A stretch of DNA of 64,000 bases from Fonticula alba ATCC 38817. Taxonomy: Eukaryota; Protista; Nucleariida. The translations under genes and the position numbers were made by a program. Shown one piece after another: positions 1 to 16,290 of this stretch. Each line of letters starts with the position of its first letter. Position 1 is the first letter of the stretch. The stretch lies in NCBI GenBank assembly GCA_000388065.2, contig KB932209.1; one strand, 5' to 3'. The notes below the pieces were generated by a model that searched no databases, was not told the DNA's origin, and saw nothing but the letters and a program-made list of their open reading frames with translations.

Positions 1-966
1 GAGGGAGGGAGGGAGGGAGGGGGGGGGGGGGGAAGGGACAAACAGGCGGGGGGGCTGATGGTCGTGGCAGCCCGCAGGCCGGGCCAGGGAGGACCGGGCA
101 GGCGTGGCAAGATCGCCAAGAGGTGCCACCGCACCAGGTCCCACGCCGGGCCCGCGCCCCCATCTTTAGATTAAACCCCGCCTCTGGCCGGGGGCGCATG
201 CTGCGATCACCGATGGGCAGTTGCCGTCGGAGCGGCCGTGCGTTCCCCCGGCCAGGGGGGGACACCGCGGCTCGTTCCCTCCCCCCCCTCGCCCGCCTCC
301 CCGTCAAGCATGTGCCTTTTCAGGTCTAGTGTGTGTATTGTGCAGAGAGACAATGCCCGCCGGGGCGGCCAAGGTGACTCCTGCCCTAGGCGCTCGGGCA
401 AGGGAGCGGGAACGGGAGAGCGAGGGCAAAAGGGGCGCGCTTCTGGCATGGGGCTGGTGTGCCGGGGGCGCGCTCTTGCGTCTCTCTGTTTTTCTCATTT
501 TCAAACCACAAGGACGGGAGCAGAGGGGGGAGGGTGAGCCCCTCCCCCGCGCACGTGGGACACATATGCCCGCGTGCGTGTGTGTGTGTGTGTGTGTGCG
601 TGTGTGTATGTATGTATGTGTGTGTGTGTGTGTGTGTGTGTGCAGGCATGCGCAGAGTGCGCTTTCATCCCCGGTTGCTCCTCCGGCCCTCGGCCCGGCC
701 TCTCTCAGAGTATCCCAGAGCCCGTCCTCCCCCGGGGCATGCGCTCCATGATGGATCCCATCATCCAGACATGGGGACACAGGGCCATCGGCCGAGGTGT
801 GCCCGTGCACGGCCCCGCGCCGGGAGGAAGCCATGTGGCGAAAGAGAGAGAGGGAGAGAGAAGGGGCGAGAACCAGGGGGGAGGAGGGGCGAATAAACGA
901 GGGCAAGGGGGAAGAGTGATGAGGCGTGTGTGTGCGTGCGCGCGCGCGCGCGCGCGGGGCCACTCC

Positions 967-4024
<3,058 letters not shown>

Positions 4025-6232
4025 TCACTGGGATCGGCCGGCAAGGGTGTCGGCGGTGGGCCGGACAAGCGGCCTGGCGAGCGCGCGCGCGGGCCCGCCC
4101 ATTCTCCATGGGACCCTGCGCGGGAGGGCGGAGGCCTGGCGTGCGCGCGCGCGCGCGCGCGCCCGGCCATGTGCACGCGCACGGGCCGTTGGGGGCGCGC
4201 ACGAGCGCGGGAACATGCGCGCCCCTGCGCGCCTTTTCTGGACCCGAGGCCGGCGGACCGGGTGAGATCCTCCCCCAGGCCCTCCCCCCCCCCCGAATGT
4301 CGGGGCTGTATCCGACGCAGGACCCCCCCCCCCGCTCCCGCCCTACCCCGCGCATCTCTCCCCGGGCGCAGAGCGGCGTGCAGAAGGGGGCGGGAGCCCG
4401 CACTCGGGACCGGAGGCTGTGGGATCGGTGGGAACGTCCGGCCCCGACCGTAGGGAGCGTGTATATCCCGAGGCGAAAGGGGGCGGGGGGAAGGTGGGCA
4501 GGAGCGGGGCGCCGGCACAGCCATGGCCCCACGATATCCCGCAGGGGACAGGTTCAGCATGCAATGTGAGGGAGGGGGGGGGGGGGGGCCATGTGCATGT
4601 GTGGAATACGGTGCAAAATGACCGGCGCACTGAAGCACGCGGTCCCAGGGGTCTCTCCCTGGCATGCTGGCCAGTTCGATCAGCGAATGGCCCCTCCCCG
4701 GGCCGCCTGTGAGGCGCGCGCGGGTGTACACACGCTCCGGCAGCACTGCGCTTCGGTGTTTCCCGGCTGTGCGCCTGCGTGTCTGTGCCTGTTTTTTTTT
4801 CATCCCGGAGCAGCTCGATTGTTCCCCCCCCCCCCCGGTTTGAGGGAACAGGAGGGGGGGAAGGCCCAGGAAGGAGGGGGAATGCCCGGTGGTGGCCCCC
4901 CCCCCCCTCTCCCGCCCCGACGAAGTGCGTGCGTCGCCCACCCCCGGCCCCAGCCCTCCCGGCGCGCTTCCCGAGGCAGGCCCCGCGGCGGCATTAGGCG
5001 ACTTGGGCCGGGCCCAGCGGTGGCGGCTGGCTAGGGGAAATATCCTCCAAAATGCCGTGCATATCACGAGGGCGTGTGATGTGCACACTGAGAGTCTCCG
5101 ATACGAGCCTGCCCGTTCTGACATTCTCGGTCGATTGTTTTCGCCCCAGTTGGCGCCGGGGCAGGTGCCCTTGGTGGTGGTGGTGGTGGTGGTGGTGGTG
5201 GTGGTGGTGGCCGCCCCCAGCCCCGACGAAGCGTGGGGGCGCACACCAAGAGCGGAGCTTCCGCCGGGGACTCCTCTCTGGTAAGGATGCCCTGGATGCG
5301 TGTGCGCATGTGTGCCCCCGAGGTGGTTGTGTTTCCGAGGTATCATCATTGCGACCGGCGGCAGGGGCCAACGGCGGGGGCGCCCGGTCTACCCCTTCCC
5401 CGTCCTTTGACATGCCTGAGGCCGGGGGGGTGTATACATGGCGTGCGGATTGGGGCACACTCGGCCCATCTCAGTTGAGGGACGGGGCTTCGGCCTGCAC
5501 CGGCCGCGGCAAACCCACAGTGCCCCTTCCCCTGCGTGGGGGTGCTCTGGTGGCCGAGAGAAATAGTGTCTCCTCGGGACCAGGGGGGGAGGCTGGGAAT
5601 GAGGGGAGTTGTCTGGCCCCCGCCCCCCGGGGGGGGGGGGGCGGGCGGGGTCCCAAGGCGTGGCAGGAGGAGTACTGCCCGATTGCCCTGAGAGCACCCC
5701 TGTAAACAGGGAGGGGCTCCCCAGTGCTAGGCTGGCCGATCTAGGGCAGGGGGATCGCCGCACACGGGGGTTGACTGTTGTGCCGCCATCCCCCCCGGGT
5801 CTCGGCGGCCTCGCTCTNNNNNNNNNNNNNNNNNNNNNNNNNNNNNNNNNNNNNNNNNNNNNNNNNNNNNNNNNNNNNNNNNNNNNNNNNNNNNNNNNNN
5901 NNNNNNNNNNNNNNNNNNNNNNNNNNNNNNNNNNNNNNNNNNNNNNNNNNNNNNNNNNNNNNNNNNNNNNNNNNNNNNNNNNNNNNNNNNNNNNNNNNNN
6001 NNNNNNNNNNNNNNNNNNNNNNNNNNNNNNNNNNNNNNNNNNNNNNNNNNNNNNNNNNNNNNNNNNNNNNNNNNNNNNNNNNNNNNNNNNNNNNNNNNNN
6101 NNNNNNNNNNNNNNNNNNNNNNNNNNNNNNNNNNNNNNNNNNNNNNNNNNNNNNNNNNNNNNNNNNNNNNNNNNNNNNNNNNNNNCCGCCCTCTCCTCCC
6201 TCCGCTGGATCTCCCCGCCGATCGGTCCCACA

Positions 6233-7938
6233 ATGCGTCCTGACTCCGGCTCCCCGTCTCCAGTAATACGCCGTCTGCTGCAGGAGATCAGCCAACTCCG
6301 GCGCGATCCGCCACATGGATTTGTCTGTGCGCCGGTCAATGACGGGCAAAATCTCCTGGACTGGCACTTTACCCTGCGCGGCCCGGTCGACTCGCCATAC
6401 GCCGGGGGCCTGTATCACGGGCGGATCCTCCTCCCGCCCCAGTACCCGATGGAGCCACCGAGCATCATCTTCCTGACAGTGCGTTGTTGGCGCCGGCTGC
6501 TTCACTTCTCCCTCCCCTCTCCTCCCCCGGTTCGAGCCCGGGATGTTGACTGCGGCTGACTCCTGTCCTCTTCTCTCCTTTCTCTCCCTCCCCCCCCCCC
6601 CACCCCACGCGTCTTTTTCTTCCCTTCGTCGCCCCCCTCTGGCGTTTGATCTTTTTCTTTCTGTGTCAGCCCTCCGGCCGCTTCGAGGTCAACACCAAAA
6701 TTTGCCTGAGTGTCACCACGCACCACCGGGAGGATTGGCAACCTGCCTGGGACAGTGCGTCATGACCGCATGCACACTCGCACGCTCGCCCCCCCCCTGT
6801 ATGGATGCACATGCCGCAGAGGCGGCACATCCTGATCATGGTGTCCCTTTCTTTTGTCACCGAATTCCACTAACCGTTGCTTTATCTTGTCGCTCTCCCT
6901 CCTCCTCGCCCCCTCGCCTCCTCGACCCCGCAGTTCGCACGGTGTGTTTGAGCATGATGAGCCATATGTTGTCCCCGAGTGAGGGGGCCATCGGGGCACT
7001 TGAGGTGTCTGCCGAGGAGCGAAAGCTCTTGGCCATCAAGTGCGTGTGACTTGCTTTTTTCTTTATCACCCTCTTCCCCCCTCCCCTTTCCTTCTCCCTC
7101 CCGTCCTCCCTCTTCACCCGCTTGGGGCACCTTCCCAATCGACACCCCACTCACCGGACTGCCCTGTTCCTGCCGGCCCTTGTGTTCCCTGCCCAGGTCG
7201 CATGACTTTGTATGCAAGGAGTGCGGTCGCATTGGCGACCTGGACATCCCCCATGCCTTGCCCAGCGCTCCGGCCCCCGATGCCGGCACCAGCACCGACC
7301 CCGACGTCGGCACCCCCACCACCGCTGCCGAAGCCCCGATCGAGATCTCGGCCATGGCCGACAGTGCCAGCACGAGCATCGTCAACTCGCCGACGGTCAT
7401 CCTCGACGAGAGCACGGATCAACTGGAGTCCGGGTCACCGGCCACGGTGGCCGAGGCACCGTCGCTCCCGGCCGAGTCTCCGACATCATTGGCCAAGCAA
7501 GGTCGCGAGACCCCTTCGCTGTCGGGCGAGGCCATGGAGCCGGGCAATGCTGCCTCCCCGGTGGAGGGCGCCGCCCCGGCCGAGGCTGCCGCACAGAGGG
7601 CCTCGGCCGGATCGGCCGCCTCCACGGTTCGAAGCATCCCTACCGCGCCCGATGTTGGGGGTGCCACCACGCGGCCAGCCCCCGGCCTCCAGGATGACGC
7701 GCGGACAGAGGAGGGGCCTTCCTCGCCAGAAGGGTCTGCCCCGGAAGTCGACCGCTCGGCCGGGCCTGCTGAGCGTCTCGACGTCAAGAGCCTCGGCCAG
7801 AAGTCGGCCAGCCGGACAAGCTCCGTCTCTCAGCTTGATCGGATTCTCATTGTCCTCACCGGGCTGTTTGTCCTGCTGATTGCGCGCCGGCTGTTCCTCA
7901 GTTCCGAGCCGGACGCTGCCGTCGCGACTGCCCTGTAG
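6233..7938 (+). CDS. UBE2J1: Tail-anchored ubiquitin-conjugating enzyme E2 (Ubc6/UBE2J family), 4 exons: 6233-6478, 6670-6754, 6934-7039, 7197-7938
   Basis: WHFTLRGP..SPYAGGLYHGRILLPPQYPMEPPSIIFLT|PSGRFEVNTKICLS (catalytic Cys), SHDFVCKECG, and a C-terminal TM segment ILIVLTGLFVLLIARRLF. All three donors are GTGCGT. The upstream gap could hide an additional exon. Confidence 0.9.
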
Positions 7939-8257
7939 AGCATGGCTGTGAAGGAAAAAAATGCAAGCAACCAAAAAGCACGCCATCTCGGAGTGCCTCT
8001 CTCTCTCTCTCTCCCCCTCCCTCTGCATTCCCCCTCTCCCCCCTTTGTACAATAGAATAGTGCCTTGTGAACAGGCACAGAGACAAGAAGCCCGGCCAAA
8101 GGCGTTCCCAATGGAAGAGAGGGCGCGATGCAGCAATGCATGTTATTTTTTTACACTCAAGAGGGGAAAATGGCTGACACAAGGGGAGAAGGGAGGAGAG
8201 GGAGCGGGGGATGCTTTTTTGGCCTTTGGCCCGGTGGTGTGACGCGGGGGCGCGCAT

Positions 8258-9597
8258 TCACCAGAGGTTCTTCGGCTTGAGGACCTCCATCACGGCGGCG
8301 ACGGTCTTCTCCTGGAGCTCCGGGGAGCTGGTGGCAATGACACCGATGTTGTTCTTGAGGGTGCGGCCCTGGCCGAAGTCCAGCGCATGGCCGCGGACGT
8401 CGGTCACCTGGCCGCCAGCCTCGGCCACGATGAGCCGGCCACTGGCGTGATCCCAGATCTTCTCCTCGTACCCGGCGCGAGTGGGCAGACGCAGGTAGAT
8501 GGCCGCATCGCCGCGGGCCACCGAGGCATACTTGGCCTGGGAGTCCATGCGAACCGGGTCGGCGGTGATGTCCAGCATCTTGGCCACGCGGCCGGAGTCC
8601 GAGTGGTCCGAGTGGGCGGCCTCCACCGACTCGACAAAGCGCAGGGGAGTGCCGGCCGGAGCGGCGGCGTGGATCTGGCGCTCGGTGACCTGGGCCCCGT
8701 CGGCCGGGAAGAGCGGCAGCTCGAAGGCGCCCTGCCCGGCGACGGCCACCTGCATGGTGCCCAGCTGGCCGGACCCATCACCGAGGGGCAGGTTCGGGCA
8801 GCCCATGACACCGAGGCGGACCTGACCCTCGTCCACCAGAGCCAGGCAAACGGCAAACTGCTCGCCACGGAGGAAGCCCTTGGTGCCGTCGATGGGGTCC
8901 ATGGTCCAGAAGCGCCCGGTAGAGCCGCCAGTATGGTTGCCACGGTCGATGAAGGCAAGGAGCTGAGCATGGCCATGCACATGCAGGGAGGAGGGTCAGC
9001 ATTCGCCGGCCACGCAGCATGCCCCCTCGCAGCGAGCAGGGCTCCGCCGATGGGCATGTGTGAAAGCATGGGTGTGGGGCTCGGGAAAGAGGCAGAGGGG
9101 TGTGGGGAGAGCCGGAAAAAGAAAAAAAGAAAAGGAAGGCAACGGGAGGCAGTGCGCGCACCTCCGACTCGGTGATCTTCGGCTCGAGGACGGTGTTGAC
9201 CAGGTCCAGCAGCAGGGTGCGCATGGGCTGGGCCTCATCCGAGGCCAGGTCCTTGGAGTCCTCCTCGCCGACGATCAGGTCGTTGGGGAAGTCGCGGGCG
9301 ATGAGAGCACACATGACCGCCTGGGCGCCGTAGTCGGCCACAGTGACCGGGGACTGGTCGGCCTTGGTCTGGGTGGCCGAGTCGCGAGAAGCCGCATCGG
9401 CGATCAGCTTCTTGAAGACACCCTGGCAGAGGCGGGACGCGGCGGCGACGGCCTTGATGGCGGCCTCGCGCTCGAGGGCAAGAGAGACGGCTGCATGGGG
9501 GCCGGGCGAGGGGAGGGGGGCACGAGTGCGTCAGATGCGCGTGCGTGCGTGCGTGTGTGTGTGTGTGTGGGGGGGGGGGGAGGGTGGACGTACACAT
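8258..9597 (-). CDS. MET22: 3'(2'),5'-bisphosphate nucleotidase (HAL2/MET22 type), exons 9597-9594, 9490-9162, 8962-8258
   Basis: TKADQSPVTVADYGAQA, IVGEEDS, RFWTMDPIDGTKGFLRGEQFAVCLAL, RMDSQAKY and EKIWDHASG. Spliced N-terminus is MSVSLALEREAAIKAV. Confidence 0.93.
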
Positions 9598-10991
9598 GGT
9601 GGGGAAAGGGAGGAAGGGGGAAAAGATTGAAGGAGGGCTGGATGGCTCTCTCTCTCTCGTCTGGGGTGTGGCGAGACGTCGGGTGTCTGTTGTTGTGCCG
9701 TGCCAGCCCATATACACCCCAGCGGGTCTCCATGGCGAGGAGGCTGACCTCGGGATGGATGCTTGTGTTAGCCCGGCGGCCAAGGGCGAGCTTCTCGTCC
9801 GCCCCGAATGTGTCATGGCTTCGGCTCAGAGAAGCCACCTCTGCACCCCCCCCCCCATCCCTGAGCAAGATGACACCCCCTCCCCTGCCCGAGGCCCTGG
9901 GGGGGGCTGCTCTCGGGGGCCGCCGCCACTCGGTGGCTGGGCGCGTTGCCAAGAAAATCGCGCTCTCGCGCCCGGCGCCGGGGCGAGGGGATGGGGCAGG
10001 ATGGCGCGGGGGGTCACGAGCGACCCCAGGTGAGCGACCTGGCGAACACCCGCCCCTCTGCGCCGACACGGCCGCCCCCCCCCGCCCCCCCCCTTTCCTC
10101 AGCCCGTGCGCCGCCCTGTCGGTTCGTGGCGAGCCGGGGAGAGGTTGCTAGCTTGGCCTGCCGCCACCGGGCCTCCGCTAGACCATTCGCGCACAGGCGC
10201 CTCATGCTTGTCCTCCGCTGGCGGCATTTCACGCTGCCCGTGTCGGTCGGCCGGGTGTTTGTTATTTTTCACACCCAACATTCGGCCACGCCCCGGGCCC
10301 AGTGTAATCCCTCGCGACGCACACCGCGGCCGGCGTGTTGGGGGGCCGGCGGACAGGGGGGGGGCCGTTGGCCGGAGAAATCGGCCAGTGTAATTTCCAT
10401 CAGCCCGGCGCGAGAGGGGCATGACCGACCGACAAGTGAGTTGGCACATTATACCCTCCGAGGGTGTCACGCTCTGGGGGATCACGCGCCCGCGGGCAGT
10501 CGCGTTTCCACCCCGTGAACGCCCTCCTGCCGACGGCACCCAGTGGAGGGGGCCGGGGGGGAGGGGGGAGGGGGGGGGCGGGCGGGCGGGGGGAACGCAT
10601 GCACCTGGCTCCCTCGGGCGAGGGGAGACACGGGGGACGGCCGGGATTCGACCCACGGGAGACACAGGCCAGCCGGTGGGGCGGCATCGTGTCCGGTTGG
10701 CGTTGTGCTTCGGGCTCCTCCCTTCGCCTGCCGGGCCTGTCCGCCTGAGAAAAGATCGGGGCAGTGTGGCTGGTCGTCAAGTCGGCCGCGCTAGCGCTCC
10801 CCTCCCCCTCACCTGCCTCTGCCGCCCCCGCTCTCTTTCGTCCTCGCTGCTCCCTCTCTCTCTCTCTCTGTCTCCCCCCTTTCTCTCGTGCCCCCGGCTC
10901 CCCCTCTCCCGGCTCCACACACACACACACACACGCACATACACACCCGCGTTCTCGCCCCCTGCTCCTGCCTCCGCTGCGTCCGTCCACC

Positions 10992-13090
10992 ATGTCGCTG
11001 CGGACCTTCAAGAATGAATTCCAGGTGGTGATCCTGGCCGGTGGCTACGCCACCAAGCTGGACCCCCTGTCGTCGGGCGACGTACCGAAGGCCCTGCTGC
11101 CCATCGCCAACCGCCCGATGCTGCACTATGTGCTGGACTACTTCTCGGAGATGGCGTGCGATGGTGCGTCTTCAGTGCTTTCCTCTCGCCAACCCCGGCT
11201 CGGGCTCGGGCCCGGGCCCTCGAGTCCGGGGGACACATGACCCCTTTGTTCTGACACCTGGTCCCCCCCCCCCTCCCCCAGACATCCTGCTCATCACCCA
11301 GCCGAGCTTCGCGTCCAAGTTCACGGAGTTCCTCCACCAGGCCTCTCCCGGGTGGAAGGTGGATTTGTGTGTTGTCGAGGCGCAGGGTGGCACGGCCGAT
11401 GCCCTGCGCGAGGTGAAGGACAAGATCCGCGTGCGTCCCCACCCTGCCCTGCCTCCGGGTCTTCCATCTGTCCAGACACTTACACCTTTCTTCTGCATTG
11501 CCACCCCTCCCGGGTGCCCCTCCTCCCCCCCCCCTTCCCTCTCTTGATGCAGGGCGATTTTGTTGTTGTCAGCTGCGACCTCATCACCAACCTCGACATC
11601 CACTTGGTCTTCGACATCCACCGGAAGCACGACTCCTCGATGACCATTGTCACCATGACCCCGGAGCCGAGCAAGGACGATGTTGATGGCGGCCTCTTCC
11701 TCGGGACCAATGAGTCCGGTGATCGGCTGCTCTTCTACCAGCCGGTCGAGGACACCTTCGACAGCCTCAATGTTCGAATGGCCATGCTTCGCCAGTGCGT
11801 GTGTCCTCCCTCCCGCCGGGCGTGTGGCCATCGGCTCGCGAGCTCTCGCCCTTGCTCCTCGCTGTGTCCGCTTCCGGACAAACGCCCCTTCCTGACCTCC
11901 GCCACCGCCTGCACAGCTTCCCCACCCTCAAGATCCGCCGGAATGTCCTGGACCAGCATATCTACGTCTTCCGCAACTGGGTCCTCGAGCTGCTGGATGC
12001 CAATGAGCATCTCCGGTCCATCCAGTACGATCTGGTGCCCTTCCTGGTGAAGGCCCAATACCGCTCCCTCGGCCCGGCCTCCACGACCAAGAGCGCCAGC
12101 GAGCTGTTCAATGGGACCCCGGGGCCTGGCGGCCCGACTGGGGCCACCCTGACGGACGCCGAGAAGGTCCTTTCCGGTTCCTATGCCGGGGTCAATGCCC
12201 TCATTCCCGCCTCGACCTTCACCCCGTGGCTGAGCTACTCCAGCCGGTATGCGCCGAAGGCCCTGTCCACGGTGCCGACCTTCCGGCCACAGACCGCCGT
12301 CGGGAGCCCGAATGTGGTGGCCGACGAGTCGGCCGGCGCGGCGGACTTCTCCCAGCTGACCGCCGACAGCGGGGACATTGCCCAGGAGACGGACTTTGTG
12401 GAGCCCCCCCAGCGGGTGGTTTGCTCGGTGGTGGACTTCTCGCGCATTCGGTCGCCCACCGGGACGGCGCTGTTCTGCCGCCGCGCGGCCACCCTCTCGG
12501 CGTATGTCCGCCTGAACTTGGACATCCACCGGCGTAGCATCCTGCCCATCGGCATGGAGAAGTATCTGAAGGCCTCGGAGGAGCTGTCCACTGCGGCCAA
12601 GAATTCCGGCTTCCGGGTCTTCAACTCGGTCATCGGCAACCACTGCAACATCGGCGAGGGGGTGACCATCCGCAACAGTATCGTCATGGATCATGTCACC
12701 ATCGAGACCGGCGTCAATCTGGAGAACAGCGTCGTCTCGGCCCAGTGCACCATTCACCGGGATGCCTTCCTGAAGGACTCCTTCCTGGCGCCGGGCTACA
12801 CTGTCGAGGAGGAGGGTGCGTTTGTGGCGGCCACGTCTGGTTGTTTCTTTTCTTTAGCTCTTCCCCCTGCTCCGGGGCGCCCCTTTGGGGGAGGGAGGGG
12901 GGAGGGGGGAACCCGTGCCCAGCCTGCCTGCGGGATGCTGACACCCAATCGACTTCCTGCCTGCCGTTCTTTCGGCATCCTCGGCCGTTCCTTCCTCCGG
13001 TGGCTCTCCGACCGGAAACGCTCTCACGCACACACGCGCGCGCGCGCGCGTGCAGCTCACCACGTCAACGACAAGCTCTATCTCGACTGA
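10992..13090 (+). CDS. EIF2B3: Translation initiation factor eIF2B gamma subunit, 5 exons
   Basis: FQVVILAGG..VPKALLPIANRPMLHYVL nucleotidyltransferase-like N-terminus, GDFVVVSCDLIT, and C-terminal hexapeptide left-handed beta-helix repeats (NSVIGNHCNIGEGVTIRNSIVMDHVTI). Four GTGCGT introns join in frame. Confidence 0.87.
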
Positions 13091-13939
13091 TCTCACAGAC
13101 AACACCCGACCTCATCGAGCGCCGCGCCGAAGCCATTGGGGCCCGGGAGCGCGCCACGCGCCCTTGAGCCCGCCCGATGTCTTTCCAGCTGTGCAGTTGC
13201 ATTTGAACCTACACACACATGCAGGAACGAATGTCCCTCCTCTCCCCTGTGTCTCGCTTTGTCCGGAGCAAAGTGGCTGTGGGGATAGCAAGCGGAGGGC
13301 GGCCCATACGCTGGCAGTCACAGATGCACTTGACCAGATCACATGTCACCGACCATCCATTAGACGACTTCAAACGTGCGGCTCTCGTTTTCCTTGGCCG
13401 AGGCTGTGTGCGGGTGGCCGGGGGGAGCGGCCTGCCCTGGGTTGTTCTGTGCGTGCGCGCGCGCGCGCGCGCGCGCGGGGGGTGTCTCGCGAGGGTGCGT
13501 CGCGCACGGGGAGCCGGGTGGTTGGACGCATCTTTGGGCAGAATGGGATGGGGGCAGGCGCGGCGCCCTGGCGCCCAATGGGGGCTGGGGCTGTCCCGGA
13601 GGAGGAGGAGGAGGAGACGGGGCCTGGGTCTCTGGGGCGGGCGTGGGTGCGGCTGAGCCGGTGCGTGCGCTTGGCAGTCGGTGCATCCGCGGCCCCCCTG
13701 CCTGGGCAGAGATACGCGACCCCCGGTCCCCGGCCGGGCGCATCCAGCGGGGCTGCTTTTTCGGGCCCTCTACCGGCGGCCGCGTGCCCGGCCGAAAATG
13801 CACATCGACCCCGGCTTCTCCTCCTGCTTGCCTCTCGCTCGATAAAGCCCCCACCCGTGCGTCTGCACCGCTCAGCACCCCGCGATCCTCCCCCTGCCGA
13901 AGCTCACCGCTCTCCTCGCCTGCCCTGGTCCCCTCGCCC

Positions 13940-13973
<34 letters not shown>

Positions 13974-14003
13974 CGCATTGCCGCCGCCCTCCTCCAGACC
14001 ACC

Positions 14004-16290
14004 ATGCTGTCCCAGGTTTCCCGTGTCGCCCAGCGCCATGCTTGCACCGCTGCCTCCCGGGCTTTCGGCACCTCGGCCGTCGCCCGGCGCACCGAGTATG
14101 ACACCTTCGGCCCGGTCGAGGTTGCTGACGACAAGTACTGGGGTGCCCAGACTCAGCGGTGCGTGAGCGCACATGCGCGCATGTTCTGCCCCCCCCCCCC
14201 CCCCCCCGATACACACACACACACGGTCCATCTTGACCGCCATCTCACCTTGTTGATCCGGCTCTGGCCGTAACGGCCCACAGCTCCCTGAAGAACTTCG
14301 ACATCGGTGGCCCGAGCGAGCGCATGCCCGCCCCCCTGATCAAGGCCTTCGGTGTGCTGAAGAAGTCCGCGGCCGTGGTCAACCGCCAGCATGGTCTGTC
14401 GCCGGAGGTGAGCGACGCCATTGTGGCCGCCGCCGACGAGGTCATCCAGGGTAAGCTGAATGACCACTTCCCGCTGGTTGTCTGGCAGACCGGCTCCGGC
14501 ACCCAGACCAACATGAACACCAACGAGGTCATCTCCAACCGTGCCATCGAGATGCTCGGCGGCACCCTCGGCTCCAAGACGCCGGTTCACCCGAACGACC
14601 ACGTCAACAAGAGCCAGTCCTCCAACGACTCGTACGTCGATGTCAATCGCCCCTGTTTGGCTGGTGCCCTGCGTGTCCCCTTTGCCGCCCTGCCCGTGTG
14701 CATGCGTACACATGTCCGCCCAGACGCACATGTGTGTCTGCCACTGTTATGGTGTGCTTGCATTCTGACAGTGGTCTCCCGTTTGCCCCTTCCCCCGTAC
14801 CCCCGTACCCCCCCCCCGGTGCGGAGGACACCCCGATTGCCATCGAGGAGGCCCCCGCCGCCACTGTTGAGGAGGTTGTCATCTCGGAAAAGGCCCCGGA
14901 GGCGGCCTCTCAGCCAGCCACCAACTAAGAGCCTTTGCTCGTTGCTTCCTTTCTGCCCCCAACAACCCAGCATGCGACCCCATACGAGATTACCCCGTGA
15001 CTGGAGTTCAGACGCGCCCCCCCCCCCCCCCCCGCCCCCTCGCGCAGCTTCCCCACTGCCATGCACATCGCGGCCGTCCTCGAGACCCACGAGCGCCTTC
15101 TGCCCGCCATGGAGAAGCTGCGCGATGCGCTGGCCGCCAAGTCGGCCGAGTTCGAGCCGATCATCAAGATCGGCCGCACTCACCTGCAGGACGCCACCCC
15201 CCTGACTCTGGGCCAGGAGTTCTCCGGCTACGTGCAGCAGGTGGAGTTCGGCATCGAGCGCGTCAAGAGCTACCTCCCCCGCCTGTACTACCTGGCCCAG
15301 GGCGGTACCGCCGTCGGCACCGGCATCAACACGCCCAAGGGCTTCGATGTGGCCATTGCCTCGGCCATTGCCCAGGAGACCGGCTACCCCTTCCAGACGG
15401 CCCCGAACAAGTTCGAGGCCCTGGCCGCCCATGACGCCATCATCGAGGCCCACGGTGCCCTGAACACCTTTGCCGCCTCCTTCATGAAGATCGCCAACGA
15501 CATCCGCCTGCTCGGGTCCGGCCCCCGCTGCGGCCTGGGCGAGATTAACCTCCCCGAGAATGAGCCCGGCTCGTCCATCATGCCTGGCAAGGTCAACCCC
15601 ACCCAGTCCGAGGCTGTGACCATGGTCTGCACCCAGGTCTTCGGCAACCATGTCACCGTGACCGTCGGCGGCTCCAACGGCCACCTTGAGGTATGCCATG
15701 TGCCCCCTGCCAGGGGAGCGCGCCCGAGCGGCCGGAAGGGGAGGGGGTGCTTTTCTCGCTTTCTTGCGCTCTTCCTCACTTCGATGCTGCCCACAGCCAC
15801 TGACATGTCCCCCCCCCCCCCCCCCCCCCCCTCGACAGCTCAACGTCTTCAAGCCGTCCATGATCAAGAACTTCCTGCACTCCCTGCGTCTGCTGGCTGA
15901 CTCGTGCCACTCGTTCACTGACAACTGCGTTGTCGGCATCGAGGCCAACACCCAGCGCATTGACACCATCATGAAGGAGTCCCTCATGCTTGTCACCGCC
16001 CTCAACCCCCACATTGGCTACGACAGTGCGTGCAGTGTCTGCTGCTGTGGCTTTTTCTCTTATTTGCAAAGCATGCCGAGGCCGGGCCATGTCACTGACC
16101 CGCGTTGTGTCTGTCTGTGTGTGTCTGTCTCCTCTCCCTCTCTTCGCCGCACGCAGAGGCTGCCGCTTGCGCCAAGAAGGCCCACCTCGAGGGCACCACC
16201 CTCAAGGAGGCCGCCATTGCCCTGGGCCATCTGACCGAGGAGCAGTTCGACCAGTGGGTCCGCCCGGAGGACATGATCCACCCCAAGTAA
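14004..16290 (+). CDS. FUM1: Fumarate hydratase class II with mitochondrial presequence; exons 14004-14158, 14284-14631, 15048-15690, 15839-16025, 16157-16290
   Basis: YWGAQTQR|[31 protein letters not shown] and the signature [13 protein letters not shown]. Arg/Ser/Ala-rich N-terminus [11 protein letters not shown]. Confidence 0.96.

Noticed and set aside
6525-6541. Perfect tRNA T-arm-like hairpin CCCGG-TTCGAGC-CCGGG
   Set aside because: Lies in UBC intron 1 with no acceptor stem, D-arm or anticodon arm, so it is not a tRNA.
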